This document shows positions 60,839 through 64,000 of a DNA stretch of 64,000 nucleotides, piece after piece. The position numbers and the translations under genes are program-made. The stretch's first letter is position 1. The number at the start of each line of letters is the position of its first letter. The notes under the pieces were generated by a model. It had not been told where the DNA came from and searched no databases. It saw only the letters and a program-made list of their open reading frames with translations. This DNA comes from the human T2T-CHM13v2.0 reference genome, Homo sapiens: the NCBI RefSeq assembly GCF_009914755.1, contig NC_060928.1. One strand, 5' to 3'.

Positions 60839-62241
60839 AGCTGAAAAATTGTATGTGTTTCTGAATTGATATTATGTTTCTTTTTTATTTATATAAATTT
60901 ATGGGATAGAAGCATATTTTTGTTATATGTATATATATATATATATAGATTATGTAGTGATCAAGTATTTTTCTTAATATTAAAATTGTCTTTCCAAATG
61001 GGCAAAATTATTTCAAATATATGACTAATCATAATGGAAAGGTTGGCCAATGATCTCTTTATGTATTTAGCTTTAAGCACTTGAATTATGAATCTTACAG
61101 TAGAAAATGACCTTGAAAATTATTTTGTCTAATACCCCTAACAAAATGATGAGGAAATTTGGGTCCCAAATAAATAACTTCCAAATTTCATCCAAATATT
61201 TTCTGAATTGTTAAAAATAGCCTGGCATTTCTTTGCTTCTTTCTAGCACTTGTAATATCTGTTTGATACATGGCTAGGGCAAAATACATATCCTGTTTTT
61301 TTTGTGTGTTCTATAAACCAAGTAAATATGCTGTCTAATCCATGTTAGATAATAGACCCATTGGAGATAAAATAATTATAAGAAAATCAAATCATTATGA
61401 GTGCACATTTATTTTCTATTATCTTTTAATAATAAACTTTAACTAGAACCTTACCTGGACATATTCATTTACCTTCTACTTAGGTTGAAGTAATCATTAC
61501 ATGTTTGGATTAATGCCTACTTAATATGAAAGTTCAAAATATTTGTGAGTATGAGATTATATTTTACAAATATCAAATTTTCCTAAGTACATAATTTACA
61601 ATATAAATCTGATTAACTATTGACATGGGTTTCTCTTGCAAGATAATTCTCCTGACTTTTGAGAAGATTCTAAAATTCCTGGAATTAAGTCCCCCAGTAC
61701 CCTTGGCTGCTTCATATAAATGACAGTTGAACCAGCAGACAATAGCAAATAGAGGGTTTATTTCTATAATACATATAGAATTATATATATGTAAGAATTT
61801 TATATAATAAAAGTCTAATATATATTAGAATTATATATAATAAAAAATATAATTAAACCAACTATACTTTGTTAAATTTTAGCATTAAATATGGTTTAAC
61901 TACATGTTCATCATTAAATTAAAAATGAAGTTTTAAAACAAGTAAAGAAATGTAGATAGAAAACAAACTTGGGAAGCAAATTGCTCCTGTATCATTATTC
62001 TGTACATTGCCCTGTGGCTGGGATTTCCACCATAAAGCATTTTCTCCAAAATATAATTTCCATTAAATATTCTTATCAATATTTCTATCAAATTAAAATA
62101 CCCATTTAAGCCTTACATTATCAATTTGACAAAACAAGTAGATCAACAGAGTTAATAGAATTTTATAAACATGTATCTTAGTCCAGAAAATGACACTGTT
62201 GTATTTGAAAATATGAGAAAAGACAAAGCTCAATCACCAAC

Positions 62242-63786
62242 TGATGGCAGTGGCAGCCCATCTGGAGTGGCCACTGCCAAGTCACTGGCTGCAGCAGGGG
62301 CGGTGTGGCTGGGGCTGCTCACTGCACAGAGCTGGTGGGAGCTGGGAACAGGTGGGAAACCCATGCGCTTCTGGGTTGGAGGGCCTGGAGTCTCACCCTC
62401 CCAGGCGTAGCTGCAGCTGCCCAGTCACTACTGTGGACCCCAGAATTCCTGCACTCTTAGGGGCCCAGGAAGCCCCACTTCCTCTACAGGCTCAGAAGAG
62501 CCTGCTCCAGCCATCTGGCCTCTCCTTGCTCTAGGACCCTGCTCTGATTTTGAAGTGACCAGCAGGGTGTACGTGCACTCAGAGCAGCACTGACACACCA
62601 GCCTCCTGCTGCCTTGTCCCCCTCCAGACTTTGGGCACCAACGAGCATGGGAGGGAGGCCAACAGGGGGCTACGGGCAGATTGGTGTGGGCCTGCAGTTG
62701 CCCCTTGGCATGAACAGCCTGGGGACCATGGGAGCCATAGGTGGCAGGTTGATGGCAGCAGGAGGCTCACAGGCTCCTGGGCAGAAAGAGGTGGGTCCCT
62801 CATGAAGCCCCACCTTCAAGTCAGGGATGGCCTGAAGCAGGAGCCAAGTTGCCAGTTCCCTGAATGGAGTAAGAACTTATGGTGCTTTTTCTGGTCCACC
62901 CATGGCCTACCATGGACCAATCAGCATGCACTTCCTCCCCTCTGAAGCTCATAAAAACCCCAGGCTCAGCCAGACTTTGTCAGATGACAGGATGACCTGC
63001 CTGTGAGTAGGAACTACACACTCCAGGTCTCCTCTTCACTGAGAGCTACACTCATCAGGAAAACCTGCCCGCAGAAAGGAGCTACCTATTTTGGGTCTCC
63101 TGAGAGCTGCACTATTGCTCAATAAAGCACCTCTTCTCCTTGCTCACCCTCCAGTTGTCCAGGTACCTCACTCTTCCTGGACACGGGATGAGACCTGCCA
63201 AATGGTGGAAGTGAAAGCTGTAACACAAACAGGGCTGAAACACACACCCCCACTAGCCATGTTGCTGGTGAAGAGAAGGAGAGAAGAGCTGTGACTCTTC
63301 GGAGATCCCAGACCCGGGAGCTTCCTGAGCCAGGGTTGTGACACACTCTTTGGGGTACTGCAGTTCCTGGCATCTCCAAGCTTCCAGGTGCCACTGCATT
63401 CCCTAGTGCCCTCAGTGGAACCCACTTGCAATATGCCTAGTCTGGCTGCAGCCTCGCGGAGAGCCAGTGCCTTTGCCAGTGCCTGGAGCTGCCTGCCCCT
63501 CCACAGCTGGCATGCTGGGCTGTGTGAAGTGGCTGGACCCTAGGTTCACTCACTCATGCACCCCACACTGCGACCCTAGGTTCACTCACTCATGCACCCC
63601 ACACTGCTGCACACCTGGCTCACCCATGGCAGGTGTCAGATCCGGGCTGATAGTGCAAGCTGAGCACAGTTTGCCAGGCCAAGTGGGTGGAATGAGCCCA
63701 GTGGGCCTGAGTAAAACTTGGGCAAAGGTGCCACTGGCCAAAGAGGATTCCTGCTGGTGAAGTGACACCCCCAGGATCCCGTGACA
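62242..63786 (+). mobile_element. MER52A-like ERV1 solo LTR, ~1.55 kb
   Basis: Starts 'tgatggcagtggcagcccatctggagtggcc' and ends 'ggatcccgtgaca' (TG..CA). 4-bp TSD caac/caag. CCAAT at ~62915, 'cataaaaa' at ~62950 and AATAAA at 63121-63126. Confidence 0.9.
63536..63607. repeat. Perfect 36-bp tandem duplication inside the MER52A LTR
   Basis: gaccctaggttcactcactcatgcaccccacactgc at 63536-63571 and 63572-63607. Confidence 0.97.
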
Positions 63787-64000
63787 CAAGTAAAGTTTTA
63801 TTTGTTAGGATGTGATAAAAGATGAGGAGGCAAAGAAAGTAAAAACTTAGTAAATTATGAAAACTTTGCAATGTCTTCCACATTAGGATAGCAAGATGAC
63901 TTTCAGTATCTATTTAAATATTTTACTGTGTGTAACACAGCCTGAAGTGTACTGTGCCTTTTAGAGTTGATTCAGGATTCTGGACAGCCATCCTTCAAAG

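Noticed and set aside
61770-61850. TA-rich palindromes (e.g. tctaatatatattaga); similar ones near 25530 and 39650-39700
   Set aside because: Expected by-products of (TA)n low-complexity sequence.
63536-63607. 36-bp direct repeats resembling CRISPR repeat length
   Set aside because: There are only two abutting copies with no spacer, inside a primate LTR, and no cas genes.
62171-63883. Overlapping ORFs at the window end
   Set aside because: All lie mainly within the MER52A LTR, with no gag/pol/env similarity.

Overview
This is AT-rich, gene-poor primate DNA (human-like, with AluY, L1PA and THE1 elements), either intergenic or deep intronic. I see no credible protein-coding gene, RNA gene, CRISPR array or prokaryote-type system. 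The ORF track consists of L1/Alu/LTR fragments, simple-repeat read-throughs and chance ORFs. The window is largely layered transposable elements: L1PA/L1MA/L1ME, AluJ/S/Y, MIR, L2, MaLR LTRs (MLT1, MST, THE1), LTR33, a MER52A solo LTR, and DNA transposons (Tigger3a, MER1A, MER58A, MER63, MADE1). The best second-look items are retrotransposition mechanics visible in the sequence: (i) a ~6.5 kb 'full-length' L1 that looks like an in-register chimera of an L1PA7-like 3' half and an older L1PA13-16-like 5' half, with no TSD; (ii) two twin-priming 5'-inverted L1s, one with a perfect 15-bp TSD; (iii) a candidate TSD that encloses both an inverted L1PA15/16 and an adjacent older L1MA, suggesting a possible 3' transduction. 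Also noted: a candidate 132-nt exon, a consensus DUX4 site in an MST LTR, a 151-nt pure purine tract, an inverted AluY pair and several template-switch-like palindromes and duplications. Repeat family and subfamily names come from recalled consensus sequences and need RepeatMasker/Dfam confirmation. Boundaries of old repeats are approximate.
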